Source: an uncultured Clostridia bacterium (lineage in GTDB: Bacteria; Bacillota; Clostridia; Christensenellales; UBA1242). From it: a DNA stretch of 64,000 nt. Below the pieces are notes generated by a model, which was given only the letters and a program-made list of their open reading frames with translations, ran no database searches and had not been told where the DNA came from. The stretch lies in contig CALWTE010000026.1 in the NCBI GenBank assembly GCA_944384375.1, positions 1,382 through 65,381 of the forward strand. The letters run 5' to 3'. Made by a program: the position numbers and the translations under genes. Shown here piece by piece: positions 13,401 to 21,000 of the stretch; the stretch's first letter is position 1, and each line of letters begins with the position of its first letter.

Positions 13401-16119
13401 TATTAGCGGTATGTCATATTTGACTACAGAAAACGCACTTTCATCTGGTGTAGTATCCTTCAACTCGGGTAACGATGCTCGTAGTTATGTAGGTGGAATT
13501 GTAGGTTTCGCTCAAAACCACGTAGTCTACTCAGTCGCTATGTCAGTAATGCAGGTTAGCAAGTATATTGAAAATGTGGCTACAAATGTTGATGCAATTA
13601 TGGGTGGTAGAGAGAGTGAAAGCGTACTCGTGCAAACCACATACTATAGTTCGGAAATGTCTGGTGCATTCAGTGATTATGGGACAAACTTAACCGCAGC
13701 AAATATTTACAGCACAGAATATTGCGACTTGATTCTAGCAAACCTTACCAACTGGACATATAGCACAGTTGAGACAAACAATAGCAATACTGTTGCCGTG
13801 CTATATCCTACAAATCTAGCGTCTTACGTTGATTTAACATCGGGTAGTGAATTAGTACCAGTATTTGTAGAAAATGCAAATATGCTGTCTGGCTTCTTGA
13901 ATGCAGACAATCAAACACGTAAAACAATTATTCTGTCTAGCGACGTTGAATTGACTTCTCTAAACAACTTTAGCCTAGAAAACACAAGACGTATAATAGG
14001 TAACGGTTATAGTTTTATAATAAACAATTCATATCAATATGACGCAGTACAAAATAATTATGGTTTGTTTGCCGAAATCCCTAGGACTTCACTTATATCT
14101 AATGTAGGAATTAACTTTGATACAATTACTCTTACAGCAATTACTCAGAGCAATATAGGTGTGCTAGCAGGTACAAACTATGGTACAATTTATAATGTAA
14201 CTATAGGTACTTTGGCTGACTACGACACAGATTATCTAAGCACAAACAACTTAAAGACAGTAGCAAACTTTGGTAATGGCGCAAAAGATAGGTACACTTC
14301 AAACTTGCTTACAAGTCAAGAAATTGCTACTTTGAGAGTAAGGACATCGGGCAGTATTACTGTAAATGTAGGTGGACTAATCGGAGCAAACTATGGTCTA
14401 ATATCGGGTGCATTTACAAGTCTTGATATTGATGTAGTTGCTACAGGGACAGCAAATGTTAGTGTCGGCGGTTTGTCAGGTCTTAACCAGTCTGCATCAA
14501 TTAACAACAGTATGACAAACGGCAGGATAAACCTTGACGGTACAATCACGGCAGGTGGATTGGGTGGTACAAATATCGCTAGCGTCTTTGAAGGTTGTAT
14601 CGCAAATGTAAACATTACGGCTAACACGTCGTCAAATAACATCGGGCTTGCATTTGGTACAATCAATAGCGGTATAATGACGGGGATTATTGTAAATTCT
14701 AACTTGAGTAGTAGTTCTACTTTAGACGAATTTAACGCTCTCTATAGTTACGCATTAACTAATGCAAATCTTGCTAGCAATACAGCAATGACTTATATTC
14801 AAACGGTAGAAAATCAATTCAATCAACAAATTTGGTCTAGGAGTGCTACTCTAAATTATGGTTATCCATACTTAACTATAAACAATGTCATTGATTTCAA
14901 TACAGGTGACGGCACACTGGAAAATCCTTATGAAATCAATGAAGCAGTACAACTCTTAGGGCTCACGGGCGTGCAACCAGAGATTTACTATGCGTTAAGC
15001 CGTGATATGCTAATTTCTGCTGAAACTATGGCTCAATCTTCACAAATTTCACTAAACGTATGCGAGTTAAACGGTATGGGGCACACGGTAGTTATTTACG
15101 AATTGCCTACGACAGAAAACACTGCTAGTTATGTAGCATTATTCGGTTCAATAGACCAAAATACTATTGTTAGGAATATCGGTATGGCAATTAGTAACGA
15201 TATTACTATGTCTGACGCAATTCAATATAACTTTGGTACTTTAGCTGTATCAAATTATGGTACAATCACTAATTCATTTGCAGTATCAAATGGTAGTATC
15301 ACATTTACTAACTCGCAAACCAACAGTAGAATCGGTGGACTTGTTTCACAAAACTACGGCGATATCCTAAACTCCTTTGCTGATGTCAACTTTGTAGGTC
15401 AAGATGGATACTTCGGTGGACTGGTTGGTGTGTTAGGTGCAGACCCTAGTCAAAATGAAGGGGAAGAAGACGAAGAAGAAACAGTAGTTAGACAGGCAAC
15501 TATTTCTAAATCGTTTACGTCGGGAGACATAACGCTGAATAATAGTACAAATAGTCAAACTTCTGCAGGCGGACTCGTAGGCCTAAACTACTCGCTCCTT
15601 GACGAGGGCTATGTAATACAAGATTGCTACACTTACGGTACGTGCTTGCTCGCAAATAGAGCAGGGCTAAACTTAGGTACCATAATCGGCTATAGCGCAG
15701 TGGAATTGAATACTTACAGAACGTATAGTTACGTCTACACTCCTGGCTCAGATGTTACAAGCGAATATGCAGGATTGTATGCTAATCTAGGTATGGTGGG
15801 TAATCAAGCATCTCTTACGACTAAAGATAATACAAGTGTAATTTCGGTTTACTTGCGTGGAATTATTAATGACGAAAGACAAGGAGCAACTCCTGAAGAT
15901 GTGTCACAAGTAGTAGGTATTTCCGAAATGAGAAACACGATTTTAGGTAGGGGAATTTATGCTAGTTGGCCTATAATTAGTTCTACATCTATTTGGGCGC
16001 AAAATTATGGTGTAGGTAATGAAACATTCTTGCCTTACTTACGTGGTGTAACACCACAAGACCGTCAAGAAAGTGTTAATTCATCAACTGATGCATTTGA
16101 TATCTTTGACTTGAATTAA
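1453..16119 (+). CDS. Giant (4888 aa) surface lipoprotein with Ig-like N-terminal region and multiple GLUG-motif modules
   Basis: 14.7-kb uninterrupted ORF. Signal peptide with lipobox GFAG|C (MKYKFFSILLMCIMTTFVGIGFAGC). Big_2-like Ig segments lie in the first ~950 aa (e.g. AIIHATVTGAS...RIRVISREYGQAVSEDIVVTVY). There are many GLUG-type motifs (VGGLVGTNAGTIRYS, IGGLVGQNSGSITNS, VGGLVGYNTGTISNS, AGGLVGENRGSLMNS, IGGLVGLNAGGVILNS ...). They are grouped in about six modules, each opened by a header such as ESNPYTIDTAEEF, GTLENPYEINEAVQL or LDGNGYVIYL/LFGNGHIISG/LNGMGHTVVI/IIGNGYSFII (nt ~4353, 8606, 10040, 11921, 13847, 14908). No C-terminal anchor. TAA stop. Confidence 0.9.
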   Translation: MKYKFFSILLMCIMTTFVGIGFAGCGDIYADLRVTVDSTSVSLRLSNNTQDADGDTEGDSTEDNTDSTDTLSNTAIIHATVTGASADMLKSVTFWYEDSSIVSAEVTSLNDNVSTIRLTAQSAGVTRIRVISREYGQAVSEDIVVTVYRDATEMRFKSTATPSVALGESLTLNTSELIDFYVNGEKTNVYPNTATFSLLTPDDDRWNSAYGNEQPTGVTLENNVLSVDANAQCGIVQLIATMQNGLSTATPIYVMIYEPIETDQIVLLQDGEPVDAINTVVNPFDLVSNNFQLSAYIEGVTQSYNTRIVSNDTGIIFIGEKNSSGIYTNIAISDSGTTTLTVYAEILDGITGTVYRTFSKDFDVTVTRIVTDIYISAPNVPETSDPVGMTVQDSYTNGVLGAEVHFRVSEGAADGRIQLAVTEVDGAVNSSGTSNDIVIYVNNQEYHWGDYIPDDSTFYVALRDESTIERNFVLELRANTYDENMPMATNQITFTIDAGVIEINPARDVVAVTKGDTAQILLNFVTTAGEGRGSPRFTYTIVNGNIASIVEGDNYIYTVTGLAEGNTTVLFEAESGADATVEIQVKADVSAFYLTIPQDYTVSNILASNWNNPDYVNETDGKIDAGVNSFVIQQNTAINVSYVTDPENVTVNSIVVGNPVSGDTNYVTVENLNGNSFRLIGLRATDLIGSVTVTVSFSYYEQRDGVWETRYGYRTIQVSVYQPISYFYWNDSNRATTIYETLYNQNHLNYEQHDLANTTVSITYNPNDSYFANGGQIVWTTSDANKLTITQTNNHTVTLNAHLTELDTASAYVVYVYATVTEYNRTPQVLTCEITIINPVQISDITVTNYDSENGVRLNDLGTEAKTRFEMNVEITPYNAFNTGLGYKLYNAVYNNETHVYEVGEEYTGSSEDAVVRLDENNPNIIIANKAGRVFVRLYALDGETSTSVNYDEICHTDIFVVVEDGTESNPYTIDTAEEFITIGNSAESMTKHYTVRQSIDLSRYSAYFPLGKDNASNGVFTGTLTSYDYDRNNIKYTITGIPVCVDGVAVGSDIYYGVFAQIAPNSESSAPAISNLDFYFSNGLIDLNNIDTQNIYIGLLAGNITASIENVFVNFSSYTSNALTINNNKNSRTQNIYFGAVAGNFTLADGTLSNISTNIAVNFNLNDATTLIAGGLFGKFSGLELGQESSVINNTYITANRKADTLNDAVGGLIGNLVSGTVKSMQTTGTITASNLNNIGGFVGINYGILGEYTSETNSEYRNLANVRVNGHQNVGGLVGTNAGTIRYSRAENYDSVNVTDGNTLVLVQGVENVGGLVGYNNGSSGELYSGLIMYSYAMSYINRDLVDINTQSTTYSYYGDIIGESKVGGLVGFNKNAQILNSFASLRIQQTTNSGFIGGLIGSHTVNDSESRLFADFAVGEIYTPNANTTEIGELVGYLESNVVIEQQYAFVKITINNGGQNSTLYNLAGTLTNPSSVSASFNYDGSLAVSDLSGNIGRLTLADMQNASIYQKANWGFGEGQEWVSLDDTIGVNNNMPILYDQNGEWLYTQSINSITITPNTYKEDGNRLNTYFGFDYTEGGMNRHGSVVLLDNITPNELNQRVISLYGTENSLFDVVVTPEGIDPEDWQLSVTSSNYDIVEVVQTSQNLIGSYLIFKTTGVVTLTFRSLLNVNAFAEVTINVLGGFEDYNVLDGSDNSIIGQDFYVKTNTGYPLYPQFTQKDSSIGFTETIGIVYSVYNTENIGFEGITYQNGSNAYIPSTTATLLRGLSATDADFISIGMAPYVVLNFGGQTYNYTFTDLGYSFRVKVYDGITGIGLGRVTEAVLESDENKIVNLTVYTDNVETVTIDDVQVVLGEETLSADESEKYITFMNSQTTEDGIVNSYNLQLAEEYRFITENIELMLTFNVRDESGDEFSISLPLTYTPASVRRIDLSHFTYGATSMEQGEAASNLISPGTTGILRIDVSPEYAWYDNVIISSTVDSVSGDYVRMVQLVYRNGVYRTIPGGTIYDEDGNLVAQKVTGIDERGEAYYDGRIFVSTLISTVVTEGTVFYVTVAPVREGVPGYLINPVQIRLVTTFAPYASLTLDSSYSGNIVARGTIANLHLTGVLQNSTITARASYGSEAGLDTLERSTFGTFQTSFMTGNRENVDMIIPFYVGILAAPNNGQITITLEITSRTETGGMLNPLILTITLNIVDYIIDSVYAEGAQNSDLYIGIRNYTTLQANWYMVTPVSTDFLNFFPGGDATAFTNAVREIQTKANAKLNTLNARGNGVGGIWYYNSGGGYAQLNTSHTYSNFVTAYNTFQNGNSYYIIRGRSLVNDLRFRLSFESYYIYDSTTGCYTFATEEDLNDSNQDLLLENYVRLLERDFNVDVINNTNDDSPEALDSAEIFRTMTEGVSYMLTADIYLYNWTPITTAIKSLDGNGYVIYLRSFASNVDTSTANYGLWSTLPSGTVLKNLIVDVSHNIYVDLQNVSNVNFGFIAGINEGVIYNSEVVVTESKEGWQTIYNNTSQVVSSNADFQFGRSIFNTIARGMNGEAPYNEFDTLASTFILTSRTTDSGGTVTSNIGGLVGQNSGSITNSRVGRIDIKNPLGLNSNSQVYARQGLNIFASGNVGGLVGYNTGTISNSYYANGYVVNSKMDIYSSTNTKGARTGGLVAVQTERGRISGSYATGQIDDETARSSLGGVVAYGTIGGLVHSNAGEITNSYSNMRLSSSNGMGGFVYENTGNAIIKYSYSLSDVQTQGLINGVFIGLDNEGNIQDGQKTTVENCYYLTDEDLIVDSQERAIGLTSRDWGDSTGSAFDGFVISNDGSETTWYIDNERTYLGPQLYLANQNFMSHRSGDGEYVAEVGYELGSKNNPDIITSLLDWQDKVFNYTSESIHSSYMTATGTTDPTRPSYEFGEYYVMLLNDINFRGSIDNTTSQTIFRGKLFGNGHIISGMNYTQSSTVLTTPNDFGLFNQLDGATVSNLNLIIDTQLSSRARRIGVLAGSINDSLIENINITGSSRTSEIIGTNMSGALAGFVSGNSQVYNVTSTLSVTSISATAITTNSVYTYYNSDNPYNSTYSYAGGIIGVLDLAEQEDSASESRIRNLLVTNSIFLNNTRYTGSIDIYGEIVGGVIGLIGTNSEAYKVYFNVDSNTDNQQKIRGKNFAGGLVGENRGSLMNSRISIPDEKRMEIDSEILATDDATDYIGYTELFSHEDSVNAIGGLVGLNAGGVILNSYSRVAVMADNVKVAGGLIGLSINAPLNYNAAATDIDPTLAYLRNLGSTNGQLLTSLNAINYTLSGDQIRTDGSFRFGAILTEVYTTGAVSATDAIGGIVGAQIGAPIYTQSMSSTISAINNNFVANDANFVSKLQSSDTYVGSIVGYLGFELSQASNDRILAFVGTMEQFGDTTSGYSLGSVATNIKGVTLNVDGTNLNSVGNLPNISTMNLVSTNFIQAATSVDDQSFNGFNENVWNLDEEKLNHRFPNLSLGYDLPVVEVSTPDEFFDALDDTQNNSSIRIIADLVIEGDDWENYITQTSPVKQSIGTLENPVRGRLEGAVPVVVSGQDTTRAANITFVNFNTTQMDYFHSLFGYTRSFWLINVNFEFAFDFDATIQNVDSFALLAQSSISSNFENVSVSFASSGDSQYTLRANNLNNIAVIAAEAQDCSFSNIRLDVTIDATDFTKREGSSNNRIAIGGLFALGSSSNEITGSNFGNITINYSSAVDYELTFGALAGRSEGILNLLGTSRSEGNIAGTINVELSANNSVSNLYLGGAVGNPSGATVLRNFSTNVDVNLTKSTNNTGRIYIGGVLGQIDSSNITGATSLGDITLNVNGGNAYVGGIAGYINNNQNFNEFTFSGTTTDVANSYGTINILGDNYENLYVGGIYGYTREFVTLSEGMVAPVGQSRSIYNNLYSSASINVDVTATYAYVGGLIGLAEQGSTLGSDGHLTPFTPINNVLRISNVAFVGEVLVNNESTNGASYVGGISGMSYLTTENALSSGVVSFNSGNDARSYVGGIVGFAQNHVVYSVAMSVMQVSKYIENVATNVDAIMGGRESESVLVQTTYYSSEMSGAFSDYGTNLTAANIYSTEYCDLILANLTNWTYSTVETNNSNTVAVLYPTNLASYVDLTSGSELVPVFVENANMLSGFLNADNQTRKTIILSSDVELTSLNNFSLENTRRIIGNGYSFIINNSYQYDAVQNNYGLFAEIPRTSLISNVGINFDTITLTAITQSNIGVLAGTNYGTIYNVTIGTLADYDTDYLSTNNLKTVANFGNGAKDRYTSNLLTSQEIATLRVRTSGSITVNVGGLIGANYGLISGAFTSLDIDVVATGTANVSVGGLSGLNQSASINNSMTNGRINLDGTITAGGLGGTNIASVFEGCIANVNITANTSSNNIGLAFGTINSGIMTGIIVNSNLSSSSTLDEFNALYSYALTNANLASNTAMTYIQTVENQFNQQIWSRSATLNYGYPYLTINNVIDFNTGDGTLENPYEINEAVQLLGLTGVQPEIYYALSRDMLISAETMAQSSQISLNVCELNGMGHTVVIYELPTTENTASYVALFGSIDQNTIVRNIGMAISNDITMSDAIQYNFGTLAVSNYGTITNSFAVSNGSITFTNSQTNSRIGGLVSQNYGDILNSFADVNFVGQDGYFGGLVGVLGADPSQNEGEEDEEETVVRQATISKSFTSGDITLNNSTNSQTSAGGLVGLNYSLLDEGYVIQDCYTYGTCLLANRAGLNLGTIIGYSAVELNTYRTYSYVYTPGSDVTSEYAGLYANLGMVGNQASLTTKDNTSVISVYLRGIINDERQGATPEDVSQVVGISEMRNTILGRGIYASWPIISSTSIWAQNYGVGNETFLPYLRGVTPQDRQESVNSSTDAFDIFDLN

Positions 16120-16183
16120 ACAAAATTACCTAAAAATCAATCCAAAAATAGTGCTTTAAATAGGGCTTAATTGCAAAAATAAA

Positions 16184-16220
16184 ATACACTTATTCTAATA
16201 CAGAGTAAGTGTATTTTTTT
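16184..16220 (+). terminator. Rho-independent terminator of the 4888-aa gene
   Basis: atacacttattct / agagtaagtgtat stem (one mismatch) followed by T7. Confidence 0.7.
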
Positions 16221-16296
16221 GTTGTTATAAGAAAGTCATGGGATAGTCCCGTGGTTCATTAAAGGTTAACTTTTACTTCCTTCACTTCTTGTGTTG
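16214..16296 (+). repeat. Copy A of an ~80-nt intergenic repeat (second copy at 52266-52345)
   Basis: By-eye alignment of tttttgttgttataagaaagtcatgggatagtcccgtggttcattaaaggttaacttttacttccttcacttcttgt with copy B gives about 64 matches in about 81 columns. Both copies start in the T-tract of a terminator. Confidence 0.55.
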
Positions 16297-16399
16297 TTAT
16301 GATTGAATAAGTGTATTTTTTGTAATAAAGTGTATTTAGAATAAAAAGTATTAAAGAATAAAAATTCACGATTTAAAAACTCATATTGTTCGTTTTATT

Positions 16400-16424
16400 A
16401 AAAAAAAGCGCCCTTAAAGGGGCA
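16400..16424 (-). terminator. Weak terminator downstream of the Rho-like gene
   Basis: The minus strand reads tgcccctttaagggcgcttttttt: a short GC stem (gccc/gggc) followed by T8. It lies 30 nt past the stop at 16454. Confidence 0.4.
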
Positions 16425-16453
16425 GAATAGCATTTAGGTGGAGTTTTTAGTAA

Positions 16454-17689
16454 TTAAACAATATTTCTACGTTTTATTGATTCAACTTGTGTTTTCTCTT
16501 TATCATAGAAAACTTGCTTATTATCTAAATAATCAGTTTTACTTAAATAGATATTGCAGTTACAATATTTTGTTGCTTCGTCCAAATAAGCACTAACTTG
16601 CGTATCGTCTTCACTCATACAAGCAAAAATAGTCAAACTTCCATGTTCCGTATTCTTACCAGCAGCAAATAAAGTCTTAATACGCTGTATAACTTCTTCG
16701 CTTGAATTATCTAGGCACAACTTCTTTTGCTTTAGTGTACTTGAAAAATTTTTAATCAAATCTGCCAAATCATCTATAACTAAGATGGTTTGATTGCCAG
16801 TATTACATAGATTTTTTGCTCTGCTAATAGCAATTTCATAATTAAATACGACGTCAATAGGCTTTATATCAAATGTGGTAAAAAAATATTCAACATTAGG
16901 TAATTCAATGCGTTCCTCAGGTTTTTTACTGATAGCAAAATAAACCACTTTGTATTCACTACTCAAATCTTTAGCAATAGAGTTTGCTAAGTATGTTTGC
17001 CCGCTATCTTTTTCGCCAGCAATTAAAATGCGTTGTCCCTGTTTTATAGGGAAATTATCATTTATAAATTTTAATTGTGGTAGAGTAAAATCAATCGTCT
17101 TATCAAAGCATTTTGAGTTTTCTTCGGCAAATTTAGACAAATACGACATAGGCTCGCAATCATTAATAGTGAGAATTTTAGTAACTATGGGGAGCTTGTC
17201 TGTATCTGCAATTTTTACATTGTAAGTAATTTTGTCTCCAACGTGTAATAAACCATAAAATTGAGTATCAGGTGTGATTTTTGCACATTTGTCTAGTTTT
17301 ACTTCGTCAGCATTGCCGATAGTGCATAAAAACTCGCCATACATTTCAATAGTGTAGCCAGTCAAAACTTGTTCTTCCATACGTTTATTTACACTGCCAT
17401 AATATGAATAAAGTGGGAGATTGTCATTTATACAAAATAAATCAAAGTTTTCTTCTACACCTACTATTTTTTCCCAGTCTTCGTCAGGGATAACCGATTT
17501 ATGCGGACGTCCGCTCTTTGCTTTTTTATAAGGTTGAACTTTGCCAGTTACTACATCAATTATAGCCTTGCGTAATTCTTCTGTACGTAGGGTAGTGGGG
17601 TTTTTTACACCTACTTTTGCACCTACTTCTCGCAATTGAAAGACAGATAACTTATCTAATTTATTAATATCTACTGAATAATTTTGCAT
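16454..17689 (-). CDS. Highly divergent Rho-family protein with degenerate ATPase motifs (411 aa)
   Basis: ATG at 17689 lies 7 nt after AGGAG; the ORF-track start at 17761 lies upstream of the predicted promoter. The N-terminus is Rho_N/SAP-like (LSVFQLREVGAKVGVKNPTTLRTEELRKAII). An OB-like segment follows (GYTIEMYGEFLCTIG...HVGDKITYNVK). Blocks colinear with E. coli Rho: PIKQGQRILIAGEKDSGQTYLANSIA vs [33 protein letters not shown]...ISRAKNL..TILVIDDLADL vs STFDEPA...IEKAKRL..VIILLDSITRL; GSLTIFACM vs GSLTIIATA. The Walker A Lys is replaced by Gln (GEKDSGQT). The catalytic-Glu block IDERPEE reads ISKKPEE. Confidence 0.75.
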   Translation of the reverse strand: MQNYSVDINKLDKLSVFQLREVGAKVGVKNPTTLRTEELRKAIIDVVTGKVQPYKKAKSGRPHKSVIPDEDWEKIVGVEENFDLFCINDNLPLYSYYGSVNKRMEEQVLTGYTIEMYGEFLCTIGNADEVKLDKCAKITPDTQFYGLLHVGDKITYNVKIADTDKLPIVTKILTINDCEPMSYLSKFAEENSKCFDKTIDFTLPQLKFINDNFPIKQGQRILIAGEKDSGQTYLANSIAKDLSSEYKVVYFAISKKPEERIELPNVEYFFTTFDIKPIDVVFNYEIAISRAKNLCNTGNQTILVIDDLADLIKNFSSTLKQKKLCLDNSSEEVIQRIKTLFAAGKNTEHGSLTIFACMSEDDTQVSAYLDEATKYCNCNIYLSKTDYLDNKQVFYDKEKTQVESIKRRNIV

Positions 17690-17718
17690 ATTTTTCTCCT
17701 TAGTTTTTTCAAAATTAA

Positions 17719-17747
17719 ATTTTAACATATCAATAAAAAAATGTAAA
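17719..17747 (-). promoter_or_regulatory. Sigma-A-like promoter (extended -10) of the Rho-like gene
   Basis: The minus strand reads TTTACA, 17-nt spacer ending in TGt, then TAAAAT. It is about 30 nt upstream of the ATG at 17689. Confidence 0.5.
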
Positions 17748-17950
17748 CGAAATTTTTGCAATATTTTACAAAAATAATTTTTTACAAATAAATATTTTAA
17801 TTTAAGTTATTTTAGTAAAATTTTATGTAATTTTGTGAAGCTTTTATACAAAAATAGTTTATGAATTTCCATAAAAAAATAGTTTTATAAAAATTATTTA
17901 TACAAAAATCAGTGTTATAGAAGAATATCTTTGCAAAAATAAATGACAAA

Positions 17951-17977
17951 AAATAAAAAGAACAACAAAAGTTGTCC
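17951..17977 (-). terminator. Terminator of the 2793-aa gene
   Basis: The minus strand reads ggacaac-tttt-gttgttc (7 bp, one G-U) followed by tttttattt. It is about 100 nt downstream of the stop at 18079. Confidence 0.5.
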
Positions 17978-18078
17978 TTTTATTTAGCAAATTGTTTTTA
18001 TATAATTTGTAATTCAAAAGATATCACAACTGCTTTTAAACATAAAGTTTTTATGGCAATTTTTAAGTTTCAATTATA

Positions 18079-21000
18079 TTAGCGAACTTTAATTCTATGA
18101 CGTAAAATTATGAATGTTACAATTAGACCTACAATTACTATACAAGCTACAACAATTAATATAATCGCTGCGGTATTAAGTGGTTCTTTTATTGTAATAC
18201 GATGACTTTGTAATAAGGTATCGCTTGCAGAAAGTACTTGTATGGTGTAGTCGCCAGGAGTAGAGTAATTTGCAATTTGTACAGGGTCAATTATTGCACC
18301 AGTTTCGGCATTAATAGTATATATAAGTTGTCCATTAACCATAATTTTGCTATCACCGATACGCTCATAGAAAGTTGCTGGGTTTATAGTCAAGGTAAAC
18401 GAAGATGTGCTAGTAGAACCCCAATCACGAGAAGCAGTAATTGAAACGGTTTCATTATTTATCCAAATACTGTAAGTGTAATCTTGACTAGGTATATATC
18501 CATCTGCGGTGGTTCTAACAGTTATGGTATATCTGCCTACGCCCCAAGTTTCACTATCAATATATAGAGAAGTAATTTTTTCATCATCGCCACGAACCAA
18601 ATCGGTTATATCCAATCCAGAACGAACTATTGAAACTATTTCATAACCCGACATAGCAGGGAATGAATAACTACGTAATGCTTCATTAGGTGAGTAGAGT
18701 GTGAATTGATAGTTTGCGACCAAATCCTCAGCATTAGTACCTTCAATATTTTGAATTGAAGCACGCATTGAAATTTTGTATACACCAGGTTGTGTGAATA
18801 CATAATCTCCTTCTTCCGTAGGTGTAATAGTATAGGCTATGTTATTACGTGTGATTGTAACTTCAGGTGGATTGTCATAGTAACTTAAATTAGGAATATT
18901 TACAGTTACATCACTAGAATAAGTCGCATAAGGAATTGCAGCATTGTCATTTACTGAATAAATTACATTAGTTAGTAGAGTTAGCGAGAATCTAGACGAG
19001 TTAGATGCAAAGTAATTTACTTGCCCTACAGGGTCTAAAATGCGAATTTCATATACACCCGAATTTGTGAGAGTAATTGAACCGCTGGTGTAGTTTCCTA
19101 CAATTGTTCCATTATAGCGCAATTCAAGGCTAAAGTAATTATAATATGTGTTTTGGAATGTTCCATCAGGTTGAGCAGAATTGTCTGTGAAACTTGTTTG
19201 CCATGTGATTGTTACAGGGTCAGTCTCAATCGCACTAGCACGGTTGGTGGTTTCACCGTTTATGCGGAAGTTTGTATAACTTGATATTGTCATATTTGGA
19301 ATACGAGTTACAGCAAAGTATACGCTTAGTACGTGAGTTGTTTCACCGAAAACGCGGTAAATTCTAGTATTACCAAATTCATCTACCACTTGATAATTTA
19401 AGCCCTTATCTTCATTATAGAGAATTTCAATATTTCTACGCCAGTTTGAATCGCTACTTAAGAACATATAGTGTGGCATAGTTATCTCTACATTATTTAG
19501 AAAGTATGAATAACTATCGTCTCTAGCATAGAGTTGTACAAGTTCGCCCGAAGTCGTTATTTGATAAACACCATATATTGAAATATCATATTCTTGAATT
19601 GTAAATGTTCTAGTACCATTCATATATTGCCCTAAATCATTATGTAACCCTATTGTATAAGTACCTTCAGCATCTACTATAACTGGAGAAGTTATATTTT
19701 CAGTTGTACCGTCAGGGTAGGTTAATGTTACATAAGGATTAAACAATGCCGCGATATCATTCCAACTAATTATTACAGACTTGGAAGTCAAATCATTCAT
19801 AATAGGTGAACCAGATGAGTCTGTAACACTAATGTTCGGGAAGTGAGTATAGATTACAAAATCAAAAATAGTTGCTGTATCTGTGTAATTATCTACTTCT
19901 AAATGTACGTGGTAATGTATGCCAATGTTTGCGTTAAATAACAATATTATAACATTTGAAGTAATAGATTCTTGAATATAAGTAAAGTAAGGACTCTGCG
20001 TATCAATAGAATCTACTGTGTCACCATTGACATTAGTATAGATTATAGAATCTGTATCAAAATCAGTTATTGTTAATTTTACACGTAAGCCACTTGATTG
20101 ATAGGTAAAGCGTACATCGTTAGATGTATAGGTGTACATTACGTCGTTGTGTGCATATTCTGTGGTTCCACCCGAATAAGTAACATATCTAATTAAATCA
20201 CTATCAATAGGGTAAGAGTAAACCATTCTACGCCCAAAGTTATCAATAAATACAAACCGATATGTTGCGTTATTTGGTAACCCAAATGTATAACCGATAT
20301 TGATTGACTGGTCACTTTCAAAATCTTCAGGATTTACTGGTAAATCAATGAAGTTGTCATCTGCATAAATTTCGTCATTGTTACGAAATACTTGGAATGT
20401 CGTTAACTTTGTAGATGGGATATTTGTAGTATCAGGTAACTTAATAGTAAACATAGTATTATTAGCAATAGAAGTAATCAAGTTTAGGAAATCGTCTTCA
20501 CTAGTAATTAAGAGTTGCCCTTCAGTATTTACATAGAATTCAAATGTAAATGTAGATTCAGGAAGCCTATCATTAATAGTTACTTTGATTTGACTACCAT
20601 AATTTGTTTGATAATTTAGATACAACTCATCTATAAACGAGTTAAACATATCAGCCACTTCATCTAAACTGCTAACTATTGAGTATCCTGAGAATCGTGT
20701 TATATCAGCCTGAGCATCGCTAGGGACATAGCAGAATGTTAAACTTTCTCTACTGCCCATTTGGTTTTCAAAACTAATAATCATCCAGCGGTCTTCTGAG
20801 GAAATGTCGTCAATATTAAATTCTCCGCCGTTTAAAATTATAGTTTCGCCACGGTCAAAGATTGTTACACCATTCTCTTGCGCTATACTACCAGTAGAAT
20901 TTGATTCTATATGAATTGAATTTTCCCCGATAGTACCATCTACACTTTGTATATTATCAGTAACATAAACTGTATAAACTCGTAAGTTACCTGCACGGTC

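Noticed and set aside
16950-17225. 91-aa plus-strand ORF inside the Rho-like gene
   Set aside because: It is antisense to a CDS with colinear Rho blocks and has no RBS.
17690-17761. 24-codon N-terminal extension of the Rho-like ORF given by the ORF track
   Set aside because: A strong AGGAG RBS precedes the internal ATG at 17689. The predicted promoter (17719-17747) lies inside the extension.
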